Under the pieces are notes generated by a model. The model was not told the DNA's origin, made no database searches, and saw only the letters and a program-made list of their open reading frames with translations. Below, one piece after another: positions 37,127-49,500 of a stretch of DNA of 64,000 bases. This stretch comes from Thalia democratica. Its lineage: Eukaryota. The DNA lies in assembly GCA_965202585.1 (NCBI GenBank), contig OZ241830.1, positions 29,636,001 through 29,700,000 of the forward strand, read 5' to 3'. Position 1 is the stretch's first letter, and every line of letters starts with the position of its first letter. Made by a program: the position numbers and the translations under genes.

Positions 37127-40039
37127 TTGTTAAATTAAGTAACCAACTTAAATTAAGTTATTTTATACAACGTAAAAAAACAAAACAATTAGGTCTTAAA
37201 AGACAACTTGAAAAAATATAACTTCGCAATCCTATTTTATTATACCTTTCAAACCAATACCCAAATAATAAAGTAACACCCAAAATATGTTATAAAATTT
37301 TCAAAAGTATTGGTTCAACTAGGTTTTAACATTTTATTACAAGAAACTTTGTTTTATTTTTTGGAAAGCTAATGTGTTTTACTTTTTTTTAATGCAATAG
37401 AAATACTAGGTGAAAATTCATTTATATTTTTGATTTTAATTGTTTGCTGGTTAGGTGCAAGTTTTATTTAAAAACGTTGTGCTGTTAAAGTAAGTTGCCA
37501 CTAATTAAGGTCTATCTACAACATAATTTATTCATACTCATTATACATGGTTGCTTAAACCTAGTATTTTTTATAATGTATGACCAACTAAGATGTTCAA
37601 AATATTTGAAATGAAAAAATATATGCCATCCGTTAATTACAAGTATGTTGAGATATACCAATAATTTGTATACTGCATTGCTATTTTGGTATTATTTATC
37701 AGTTTTCAAGCCAAAATCAAATCAGCTTTACTAAAACTTGTGATTATACAGGAAATACTTTATGTATATAATGTTTACTTTTAAAATACCTTCTGTTATA
37801 AATTATTAGGGTTTACCAAAAAATAATAGCTCATAGAAAATGTATACTTTTTCATAATTTCTAAAATCAGAAATTTACTTAAATTATCGAATACATATAA
37901 AAGAATTTAAAAAAATTGAATTAAATTTAATGAAATATGAAATTTAATTCAACTAAAATTAATAAATAAATGTAAATTCTAGGATCGATATATATTTTTT
38001 TTATGTAACACTTATGTTTTTTACGTAGGAAATATAAAATAATTTTATAATAGAATTTTATACAAACCTGTGGTGTACAATTACAAAGTTTATTGACAAA
38101 ATACAAACATAAATCATTAATTTACATATTATACTGTATTAATACTGCAATTAGAATACACATAAACACAAACAATACACAAGTAACAATAAAGTTTAAA
38201 ATTGAAAAAAAACGTGTTTTTAATATGTTTTACATCAATAAACAGCTTTTTTTTTGCTTTGTAACACTTTGCATTTTAGTTTGTACCTCATTAAGACATT
38301 GCATCTTCGAATTATAAAACGATGTACAAAGTATAAGTTGTTACACAACAATAGTTACAAGCACAACCCTTTAAACTTTAACATTTAAGAAAATTGTAGA
38401 TACGAAAGTGTTGTTTATACTTTTATTTATTTCGCTTAACCTACAAACGCCTTTTTTTTTATAAAACATGAAAAATCTAATAGAAATAATTTACTTATCA
38501 TCGAAATCAAAGAGCAACCTTGTATAAATTTAAGAACAATTTTTGATGAGTTTAAGACTTTTTATTGCACTTTTTACCTTACTTTGTTTTAAAACCTTGG
38601 TGAACTCAATATATGAATAATCTCAAGAAAATGTTTATATATTTGATATAAAAAAAATATTTTTGTAGTAAGATATTTAGGTTAAAAATTTTTGAAAACG
38701 TTTAACATTTATTATTAGTCTTAGCAAGTGTTCTACATTTAAACAAATAAATCATTGCATTAAACAAACACGATAAAAAATTCAAAAGATCAAATAATAT
38801 TAAGTTAGTAAGTTCTCATATTAATTTGTTAGACACAATAAGTTTTGTTATAGTTATAATCATACAATAACAAGTACAACTCATAGTTCATTTGTTGTAC
38901 AATGAAACTTGAAAATTATCGAAAATTGAACAAGACATAAACAAATACAGTAAACAAAAAAATTAACAAACAAAATTTAAGGCCATAACCTATTGCTTTG
39001 CAAAAGCTGGCAGCCAAAAACACAAATTTGGCCTTTTTTAAATACAACAAGTCACATTGGACAACCTTAAACCCAGACAAACACCTCTTTTGATATATTC
39101 CTATTTTAATCACATCTTGTTTAAGTTATTTTGTCGTTTTTACTCAAACTTTGAATTGCTTTGATATTTCAAATAACTTTTAACAAGTATGTCCTAATAC
39201 ATCTGTTTAATGCTTTTTATGCAATCAACCTAATGTTTAATTAGTAAATATTTTTTTTTAGAATTATCAAAAATGGAATAAGTATACAAAAAGAAGTGTA
39301 ACTTTGCTGTCGGGTAAAAATCTTTATACTCCGTCATTTAACAACTCTTAATTGACACATTTATGTAAGAAAAACAATGTTTTGGCCCTTGGTTAACAAC
39401 ACAATGTAAAGTAAAAATAAACAAAACTTTGGGAACAGAATCTGTTACTTTTGATCTAAATGAAAAAAAAACAAAGCAACTGTAAAAATTAAAAACGATT
39501 TTTATTTGGTTTAGGTACTTTTTGGTTTTAATATAATGGTATATCAATAATTAAGCGAAAAGCTTGAATAATGTTGGTGTTTAATGTGATTGATACTATT
39601 TAGCATTGGAATAGAAGTTAAAAAACAAATAAAAACAAGAAAACGATTTAGATAGTACTAAGCATAAATTAAAACTGGAAGAAGAAATCTCAGAGTTCAT
39701 CTCTTTGTTCGGAAAATTTGTTCAGAAAAGTTATGATGTTTTTTTGCCAAAGTCAAAGCTCTACCGACTTTTCACATATTCACAAAAGCCGTGAAGAATT
39801 CTTTTATCAGTTAAAAAAGCTGCTTTAAAGTGTAATAAACTTTCAGTTTTTGTCTGATGGGAACCGCACCCTAGTATTGCTTTTCCCTTTCACAGATTAT
39901 TTTTTAAAAAATCGAACGGAAAAAAAGCAACATTTTTCAAAGCAATAAGCAAGCGACTAAAATAGGAGAAGTTTTTTTGATTGCTTAAAAACTTCCAAAG
40001 CGCATTGGTGATTGGTTGAAATCGTTGAAGCGCGAAAAG

Positions 40040-40588
40040 CTAATTTTTGCCGTTCCGATACCACATGTGGCCCCACGGCGAGCCGTTCGAACCACCGTTA
40101 TTACTTTCGGAGATTTTCTTATCACTCTGTGACTTCACAGCATTGTGGTTTCCGTGCATGAAGTGCCCGTACCACTGGTGCACGGTGTTGCTCTCGTGCC
40201 CGCACAAGTTGCACTCGAGGGGGTTTTTGTACGAGTGCGCCGCCTTGTGGATGGCGAACAGGACGTCGTCGAGGAATATGCACCTGCACACCGAGCAGTA
40301 GTGACCCTTTATTTCAACGGGGGATTTTTCTGAGCCATCCGGCTTGAACGTCACTCTCAAACCGGACTTCCCCAGCTCCCCGCTCTCCAAGCCCCCGTAC
40401 ATGTCCTCCGTCATCGCGACGGGCTCGGGTGTTTTTCTGCGTTCGTGGTTGTCGTGGAAGCGCGGGTACAGGTTGTTGGGGAAGTTGTTCGGGTGATTCG
40501 ATTGGAAGAAGTTGTGCTGCTTGCGAAGCTCATTGGCCAGCATTGCCGCGTTGCTCTGCGCCTTCTTGTGCGCCGCCGTCATCGGGTT
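40040..40588 (-). CDS. IKZF: Ikaros-like exon 11 (two C-terminal dimerisation fingers, stop)
   Basis: Acceptor TTTCAAACAG, phase 0; encodes [53 protein letters not shown]. Confidence 0.95.
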   Translation of the reverse strand, partial: NPMTAAHKKAQSNAAMLANELRKQHNFFQSNHPNNFPNNLYPRFHDNHERRKTPEPVAMTEDMYGGLESGELGKSGLRVTFKPDGSEKSPVEIKGHYCSVCRCIFLDDVLFAIHKAAHSYKNPLECNLCGHESNTVHQWYGHFMHGNHNAVKSQSDKKISESNNGGSNGSPWGHMWYRNGKN

Positions 40589-43500
40589 CTGTTTGAAAGC
40601 ATGTTTGTGATGCTAATTGGTATTTGTTATGTTTGATATTTAATTCTGTCAAAAAACGTTTAAAGGTTTCTTAAATGAAAAAGAACCTTAAGTTTAAAAT
40701 GGTTCTAGAAATCTTAATACAGTGTTTTGAGTGCCTGAACGTAACAGTGAAACTTTATGCACTTATAAAAAAACAAACTCTTTACATTGGTCAACATAGT
40801 TGTTTTTAGATCAGTTTAAAATATATATATTACCAAGTTAAAACGAAAAAAGTTTCTCCAAAATTATTTAGAAAAACTAACAAACTGCTGTGGGGTTGGC
40901 ACAAAAGGGAACTCCCCAACTTTCTTCTCTCCGGAATTTTTTCTTTGGGGTGATTCCCCTCCATTCTCCTCTTTGCTGCTCCTGTTTACTCTAGCGATTA
41001 TTGATTTGAGGTTCCTCAGCATCAGATTGGGAGTCATCGGAGGAGTTGGCAGGTTGTTGGCTGTAGATTATTATTTCAAGTATTGTTCATTTGTTTATAT
41101 AAAAAACAAAGTTTTAGTAATATTTCGGAAAAAATGTAAACCGTTGTTGAAGATTTATCAAAAAAAAAAAGTTGTGTCGATTAGTATAATAACTAAGCAT
41201 AATTTTTTTTTCTATTTAATTATTATACTTTTATTAATAGTAGACTATCATATTTTCAGATAAAGTAATGGAAGCTCTTTCTACAGAACATTTTTGTATA
41301 TAGTTCTTTTAAGTACAAGTTTTAAACTAGCTTAAAATATGACTTTTTTTTTCAGTAATAACCGCTAAGCGTCGCAACTGAGCTGTACTTTTAAATTTCA
41401 AACTACGTACGATGTAACTAAATACACTTGTAACTTTAATTTAAATACTTTGATGACAGCTGCAAGTTTTAATTTCACTTTCTATTTTTACTTTTTCGGC
41501 AATTTTTTCATAGCTTTATTGTGGATTGTATAAAACAGTTCAGCTTAAAAATGTCAGTTTGTAATTTTTTTTCAGTTGATATTGTGTGTTAAAATAACTT
41601 TTAACATTTCACAATATTGTTTTATACATTTTTAACTCTATAACTTTGACAAAAATAATTCAATAGAAGCGTATAACTCAAACCTTAAAAAAAACTTGTC
41701 TTAATTGTAGTTTTAAATTTTGTTACACATCTGCTACAAACCAGTAAATGATAATTACTTGGTGCAAGTTATCAGTTATAAAAACCAACGTTTTGTTGGA
41801 AGAACTTCGTTTTGTTCAGTGGAATCGTTGGAACTTCCCCGGGAACTTTTGGATGCCTGAGGACTTGTGCTGCTAGGTGAGTCGTTGCAATCGTCATCAT
41901 TTATGTCTTTGCCTGTGGAAACATAATATTATTCAAAAATGTAAGTTATGAAAAAAAATGTTTCAAGAAATTGTTTGTATTAAGCTTTTTGTGGTAATGT
42001 GATAAAAAGTATGTGGCTTTGTCTGTAGAGTACAGTAACTTTGCGACTTTTATTAATACAAACAAGCAATTTAAAAATTAAAAAAAATAGTTAATAGTAT
42101 GTTTATAGTTTGATTACAAGCTTATAGTGTTAGCATATGGTTTTAAAAATAGCAGTATTAGCGTAATTGATTATTTGTTGAGTTATTTCTCAAAACAAAA
42201 ACTTTACTAAGTACTACATAATACCACAACGTTTGCTTTCAATAAAGTATATACTTATTAGAACTAAGATAAACGTTGAAACAAGTTGTATGTTTATAAC
42301 ATAATTCTACTTATCTTGATTAATCATACATTCATGTCTTACCGTATCGTATCTTAATCAATATAAAATTTTTAAGATAGATATACAACCTACCGAAAAA
42401 ACGACTTAATACACTTATGAATACTGCTTTTTGGTAAACCGAAAAAATGAAACAGTTTACTACACAAGTTTATATTTATTATAAATACAAATATCTTGTT
42501 AAAAAATACAAAAGAATGTAAAATAAATGAAACTAACTAGATTGAAATTCGTCCCTCAACTTATTGATGAAAACTTCTTTTGTTGCAAGATCAAGAGGCT
42601 GCTGCGAATCGTTTGAACTTTTTCTACTCACCTGAAAAACAATAAAACTACTCATTTCAGCATTTCATTCAACACGCCTAGACTACTTAAAAAATTGCCT
42701 TTACAAATATGAAAAATATAAACGTTCGTAAATAAGGGATAGTAAACTAATTACTTCTTCAACGATCCTCTGAACGACGTTCTTATTCATCATATGCTGG
42801 TGGGAGGGACTCCCCCCGTTATGAGACCGTCCCAGGTCCAAACCACCAGGCAACAAGCCTTGCTGTTGCTTGGCAACCGGGTTCATCATCCCCATGAACC
42901 TCTGGAACGGGTTCATGTGGTCGGTGTTGAAGAAGGGGTTTCCTCCGACTTGCGAGTGCGGGATGCGGGTTCTGGCGGGAATTCCCGGAAACTGGGGCAG
43001 CTGCAGTTTGTTGAAGGCGGGCGGAGGTTGATCGAGCTGTAAGAAAATATGTCATTAAAAACAAACGATAAATAAAAAAATTGTTTGTTGTATCGTTTAT
43101 TAGCTTTAAAGTAAATGTCTTTTGCAAATGAAGTTTTTTCAAAATAGTCATTAAATAACTAAACATATATCTTATTGCTTATCAAACGTATTGGATAGCC
43201 TCAAAGGTGAAAAGGTCAAAAGTTTTAGAGTTTAAACAATAAGCTTATAGCAAGCTGACGGCAAACATCATTAGAAAGTTTTGATATTTTGGTGGCAGGT
43301 GTTATGTACATAATTTAGTTTCAGTTAAAAAAAAAAACAAGTGCTGCACTGTTTAGATTTTATCGACAAGTTATCCTAAACAAGACGCAGCTTTTTATTG
43401 CTCCATAAACATAATGATTGTCTTCAAGTAATTTTATAACAGTGTCTTTAAAATTTTTAAACTTTCTTAGTTTTGCAAATAAACATAACCTTTAGTTTTA

Positions 43501-46500
43501 ACTTTAAAACAAATTCATCTTTATAAAATACATAAGGCCTTGATAGCTTTTTTAATGTTTATTTAAGTACTATTGAATAATTTATTTCACATTATTATAA
43601 AACGAACTTTAGCGTACTATACTCTATTTTCCTCTATTTCTGTGTTAGTATTATAAACTGTTAGATTAAATTTTTCAAAATAGAATTGAATACTGACCCT
43701 CGGTCTTTTCATTGGGTGGTTCCCTTTTCTCTTGTTGGTTGTCATGGCAGCAGCTTGGGGGTTTCCCGCTTGGAACCAAGGCTGCTGCTGGGCCCCGTTG
43801 ATGAGCGGCATCAAACTGGGAGCAAGTGGGGGATGGTCGAAAGCCGCCTGGGAAGTGAATGGGGAGTTGAAGTCAGTCATGCGCAACATTTGGTCCCCGC
43901 TGGTTATCATGGGTAGTGCTGGTAGTTGGGGAGATCCGTTGAGACGCTTCGTGCCCTGTTTTCTTGTTGGAGCTGAAAAACATAATTATATTGATTTAGA
44001 TTAAAAACTTTTTTTTTGATTATTTTTGATAACCATTTTTCACAAAATAATCCACGTTTTTTTAATTACTGATTTAACAAATATTCTATGGTATTTGCTG
44101 GTGCTGTTTCAAAAAAAAAAAAAAAAAGGATCAAATAATAAAATTTTATGAAAAAAGTGCGCTAATCCTCTTTCACTTATTACTACAAAACATTGTTTCT
44201 AACTGAAATCAAAGACAGTAAGCCGTTTGACAGCCGTAATTAAAACTACTAATAGGTGATGTAATGAAATTCACACGGTTCAATTGGAAACTTTATTTTC
44301 CTTCTAAAGCAGCAGATGAAACAAATTTTTAACGTAAGTCTTAACGCAAGGAAGTGGGTGTTGCCGGGTTTAAGAAAATATACCAACATACAAAAAAAAA
44401 AAAAGGAAAAAATCGGATAAATTCCTCATCTGATTTTCAACCGGCGAACCCAATTCACATCTGAATTTGCTATCCGCAAAGTTTCGTTCCCACCGCAAAA
44501 AGTTGTGTGGAAACCGCAACGAAAAAAGTTTTCATGGAACGAAGAAAGCATTCACAGTCATGCGGCTAGCCTCGGGTTAGAATAAACATCCAACACACAG
44601 GTAAGAACCCGGTTGACCCTGCGTAAGGTGCATTAGAAACTATAGAAACGCTTATTGGCGGTGGCAATCATCAGCATGCCAACATACCACGTCGTGCGCG
44701 ATGAGGCGTGAAACAAAAAGAGGAAAGTTGTATGCCGGTTGCCATGGCAACGGTAACCACGAAAGCGCACGTTGCCAGCCAAATTCTTGGATTTGCTCCT
44801 TTGAAGAATTTTGATTTTCTTCTCGCTAAGAAGTTTGTGTTGTTTTTAGTTGCAAATCGAATTAGCACCAAGGTCAAAAGCGCCGGGCCCGGCGATTGAC
44901 CTCTCAGCCGAATCGAACCCACAACAAGCGCGTTGCTAAGTAACGGTGATCTCGTTGCTACGTGTCAACTCACAACTCGCTCGTTAAAGTCGGGATTTTT
45001 ATCGGCGCTTGATTTGTTCGTCTTTGAAAACAGAAACTCCGGTTTCTAGTTTTGAATGCAAATTTTGATCGATAGCTATTCATTTTGTGACAAAAATTTT
45101 TTTTTTATTAAATTGATGCGTACATACTTAAATACATTTTATCTAAAGCTAAAACTGTTCAAAGTTCAAAAAGTTTTATTTTCACAATTTATCTAAGTTC
45201 TTACATTCAATTTATATAATTCTAGGTATGCTACGGTTACAAACCCCTCAGTTAACAAAGCAATAAGTTACAATTTATCGAAAACTCCAAACAAAATCAA
45301 CTCACTCGTAATCATGTTCCTCCTCGCACTTCCTCCAATCGACTGATACGAGGCAACTCCGTTCTCCTCATGCTGCTTCCTGCACTGAGCCTCGTGCTCC
45401 TTCACCGACTGACGCGATTTGTACGAACGAGAGCAGAACATGCACTTGTACGGACGAACGTCTGTTGAAAAGATTAAAATGAACGTCGGTTGCACGAAAC
45501 AATAATTTGTTTATTGTTGATTTCGAGTGTGCGTCTGGTAAGTGTAGTTCAGTTAGATACTTTTGAAAATACTCGTAAGGGAGCTATAAAAATATTTATG
45601 TTTTTGTATAAAGTCGTGAAAAGGTTATATTTTTCAGCGTGTAGAATGTTGAGTGTGAGTGTAAAGTATATAAACAATTGCCTTTAAAACGATAATAAGT
45701 TAACGTTTATTTCATTTTACAATTAGTTAGAATGACATGCATGTACTTATTGGTTTGAAGTTCCTAATTTTTGCATTTGGTATGTACAATAAGCTTCGAT
45801 TTAATACAATCATTAAGTTACGTTTTAATAATTTGTATAATTTTATTCAACAGTTTTTCAAACTTCGAATCAAACATGTTGTTTTGTTTAAAGTTTAAAT
45901 TCAAAGCAGTTTACCAAAACTTGAAAGTCATTTTATTAATACTTTTAAGTGAGCTAATGGAAGTTTTTAAGGGTTTAAAAGAACATATTGGCAAATGTTG
46001 TCAATCAGCAGCTATCACAAATTTTATGACTGAAATTGTTTGCTTTTTTCCTTTTAATGACAAATACGTGCGATTGTTTACAAAAAGTCTGTAGCTGCTT
46101 CTACAAAATAAACTTATCGGTTTGTGGTTTCAGTTACACTTTTTTGTTTTATTGCTGTTGTGGATTAAAAGTTTGTTTAACAAGTTTTTATAAAGTTACG
46201 GGTGCAAGCTATCTTACTTATGAATTTGTTTATAAGCCGCACTTTGAACCTTTTTGCTTGTCAATAAACTAAATTAAAACGTGATATAGTATTAATGAGT
46301 TTTAATGTCAACAACTGAAGTGCTTGTAGTTTCTTCAGATTTTATTTAAGCGTTTCACAAGTATGTATAGTAAAATCAAAGTCGTCAATCGCCAATGATT
46401 TTTTCCAAATACTCGAATAGACAACGATTATAGAGTGATCTTTTTTTAAACGATCTAAAACGCGAAACGTTTAAACTTCGATCACATATACTTTTATTGT

Positions 46501-49500
46501 TGTACCAACAATGCCTCAAAGGTATATTGAAAACAATGACCCGTCAAGTTATTCTCGCAAACGGAGTTTATCATACCAAAAAACGCAATCAATTTCAACC
46601 TGCGAGCTCCACTGAAAGCTGCGGGCATTCACGGTATGCCACGCGCAGCAAACTCAAACCATAACGAAAAATTCTTCTTCATAAAAGAAAAGAAGAAAAG
46701 ACAAATATTTCGACCCTTATCAACAAACTTGGCTCACGGCACACAGCAGAGAGCCTCGGCGAATTTCTAAACAATCTTCCACGCATCAGTGCCTCTCAAA
46801 GATGGAAAGTTCATCGAAATGAAAGGCTGGAGCGGCCAATTTGGCCTTTTCGAATTTTTCCCCTTTCTTCAACGCACTGCCAACTCATAATCTCTTTCTG
46901 CCGCTAATGCATTATGCTCGTTGCTCGATCATCTCAACGAGTCTCAGTGCCCCCCGGCTGTTTCCTAGCAACGAGATGTTGTGTTGCTAAGCTGTACGGT
47001 TTGGTGCGTATTGGATTTATTGCAATCGCATTTGCGAACGGCCAGCTTGAATTAAGTCGCTCAAGTTTGGTGTTGGTGAGATCCAACGTTTTTGCACTTT
47101 ACAAGTTAAGTTTTTATTCAAAAGTTATTAAAAGCAAACAAACTTTTAACTGTTTCGAAAACTTTACTTGTTTTTGATAACCAGCTTTAGAAGTTGCGTT
47201 TTGGAAGTGTTTTGAGTAAGGATGTACTCATTTTGTAAAAATAAAACTTACGATATCTCTTTAAAAAAAATTAAATTCTTTTTATTTATGTGTTTTTTAT
47301 AAACTTGTACAAATGTAAATTAATAAATTTGGTAAAAAGAAGGCTTCGCTTATTTTATTTGTTGTAGCAGACTTCTGTTTTGTATTGCCTGAGGATTTGA
47401 ACAGACAATTTTGAGCTAATCTTGTACACAGACGAATAACTTTTACTATATGCAGATTAGTGTTGTTTTATTTCTGTAAATTTAATCTTTAAACTAATTT
47501 TTTAAAAGTTTTCTAGCTTTTCAACGTTAAATTTAAAGTTTTCAAACGAATACCCACCTTAAGCTGTTTCACTGTTCAATCCAGATATTTCATGAAATGA
47601 CTTAATAAACTATTTCTAGTGCACCAGGAAAAAGTTTTACTTATATGCTAATATTTTATAAACGTTAACCAAGAAGGCCGAGTAAAATGTTTGTAATTTT
47701 TCAGTAAAATAGTTTACTAAGAAGTCTAATGGGCATAGTTTACATTTTTAAAATTTAGGCTGAAGACATTATGTATTAGTTTACATTGCAAGCAAAACTC
47801 AAGCTTTAGATTTTAAAATTTAATTAAATAGTTTTTCGTTATAATTTTGTGTGCTGTTTTTTTTCACCTAGTAGGGAATGTTGTATGCAAATTGCTTCTT
47901 AAACGTTTTTATTTTTCACGACAAAAGTAACCCGGTCATTTCTGCGCATGACATTACTCACTGCATGTATATCACACACATAATGCACTTGGCCTTCCAA
48001 CCAACGACAAAGCTTTTTATTGCGTCTCTGCTGTGTTCAAGCGGCTATAAAACGGCGCGCATCGAAGTAATGCTACAAGTCTGCCAACTGTCTTGTTAAA
48101 TGTGCTAGTTGAAAGCTTGCTTGTCTATTTTATACTCTGCAGGTTTTTAAATTTAGCGTTTTTATTGCTTTGTTATTAATTGCAGGCTTGGGTGCTGAAC
48201 AGTTAATTTTGAAAATTCAAACCGTTTTCATAAAAAATGCTATAAAAAAAACTACTATAAAACGCCGCAGTTAAAAATTTTTGTTTTTGCCAACTGTGTT
48301 ATTAAAAATTAAAAAAAAAAAGCTTTATAGCGGAGCGTAATGCAGCTAATTAAGTTTATTAGAACTCTGCTAGCTCTATTTTCAATTCTAAACTTAGGTT
48401 AAATGAATTCAAAGCGATTGAAAAATATATCCTTTCACCACCCACTCAGTTTTATTGTTTGCATAAATAAATATATGGCACGAAAAATTCACTCAATCAA
48501 CTTTAAAAATAGTGTGGAAAACTAAAATTTTCCCGGAAAAGTTGAAATAGCGCTGAAATAGTTTCTCATTTAAAAAATTAAGACTGTAATAGGTTTGTAC
48601 CTCACCAAAAAAAGCTTTAAGAGTTAAGTGCTTCTCATACACATGTAAGTTGATTATGAAACGTATACAAATTCCTCAACAAAACCGCATTGAAAACGCT
48701 TATTAAGCAAACAGTCTTGTCCGTCAGCATCATCAAAAAATGCAGATGTTAGCAAAAACATGTTGGTAAAGGTTTGACCTTTGGTGTGCGCATTAAGTCG
48801 GGCATGTAAGAATGTTTTTTGTTTCAGCTTTTGCTAATGTAGTATAATCGTTTTTAAAACATAAAAATACTTAAAAAAAATTGTATATATGTCATAAAAG
48901 TTTACACAACTTTAAATATGTCGTATCAATTGATTTTAATAAAAAAAATTATAACAATAACATAATTACCTTTTAAAAAGTGATTTTTCTTAAAACTTTA
49001 ATGTAAGAGATTGTGTGGTGTGTACACAATATTAAAGACTACCCAACATATGCTGTAAAACATATTTGTACTAGGTCTTGTTAAAAACTTTATATTAAGT
49101 GTAGAAAATTGTAAACTATACTTTTTTTTTTAAACTCATTAAACAACAAACCACTGTGTATACGCATACTTATCTTTATACTTATTGTAAGTTTTACTTT
49201 TTTCTAACAAATTTAACATTTCACCAACCGCTGTGTATTCGCATGTGTCCGGCCAACGCGTCCCGCCTCCTGCACCTGTAGTTGCACTCGGGACACTTGT
49301 ACGGCTTCTCGTCGCTGTGGATCTTCATGTGCCGGCGCAGGTTGCCCTTCTGCGTGAACGCCTGGTTGCATATCGTGCACTTGTACGGCCTCTCGCCTGA
49401 TAAAATGGAAATGGGGTTTAAGTGGATCTACAAGTTAATTTCTGAGTAATCCATTGTTTACACTAAATATGCAACAAAAGAAGTCGGCTAATTATTGAGA

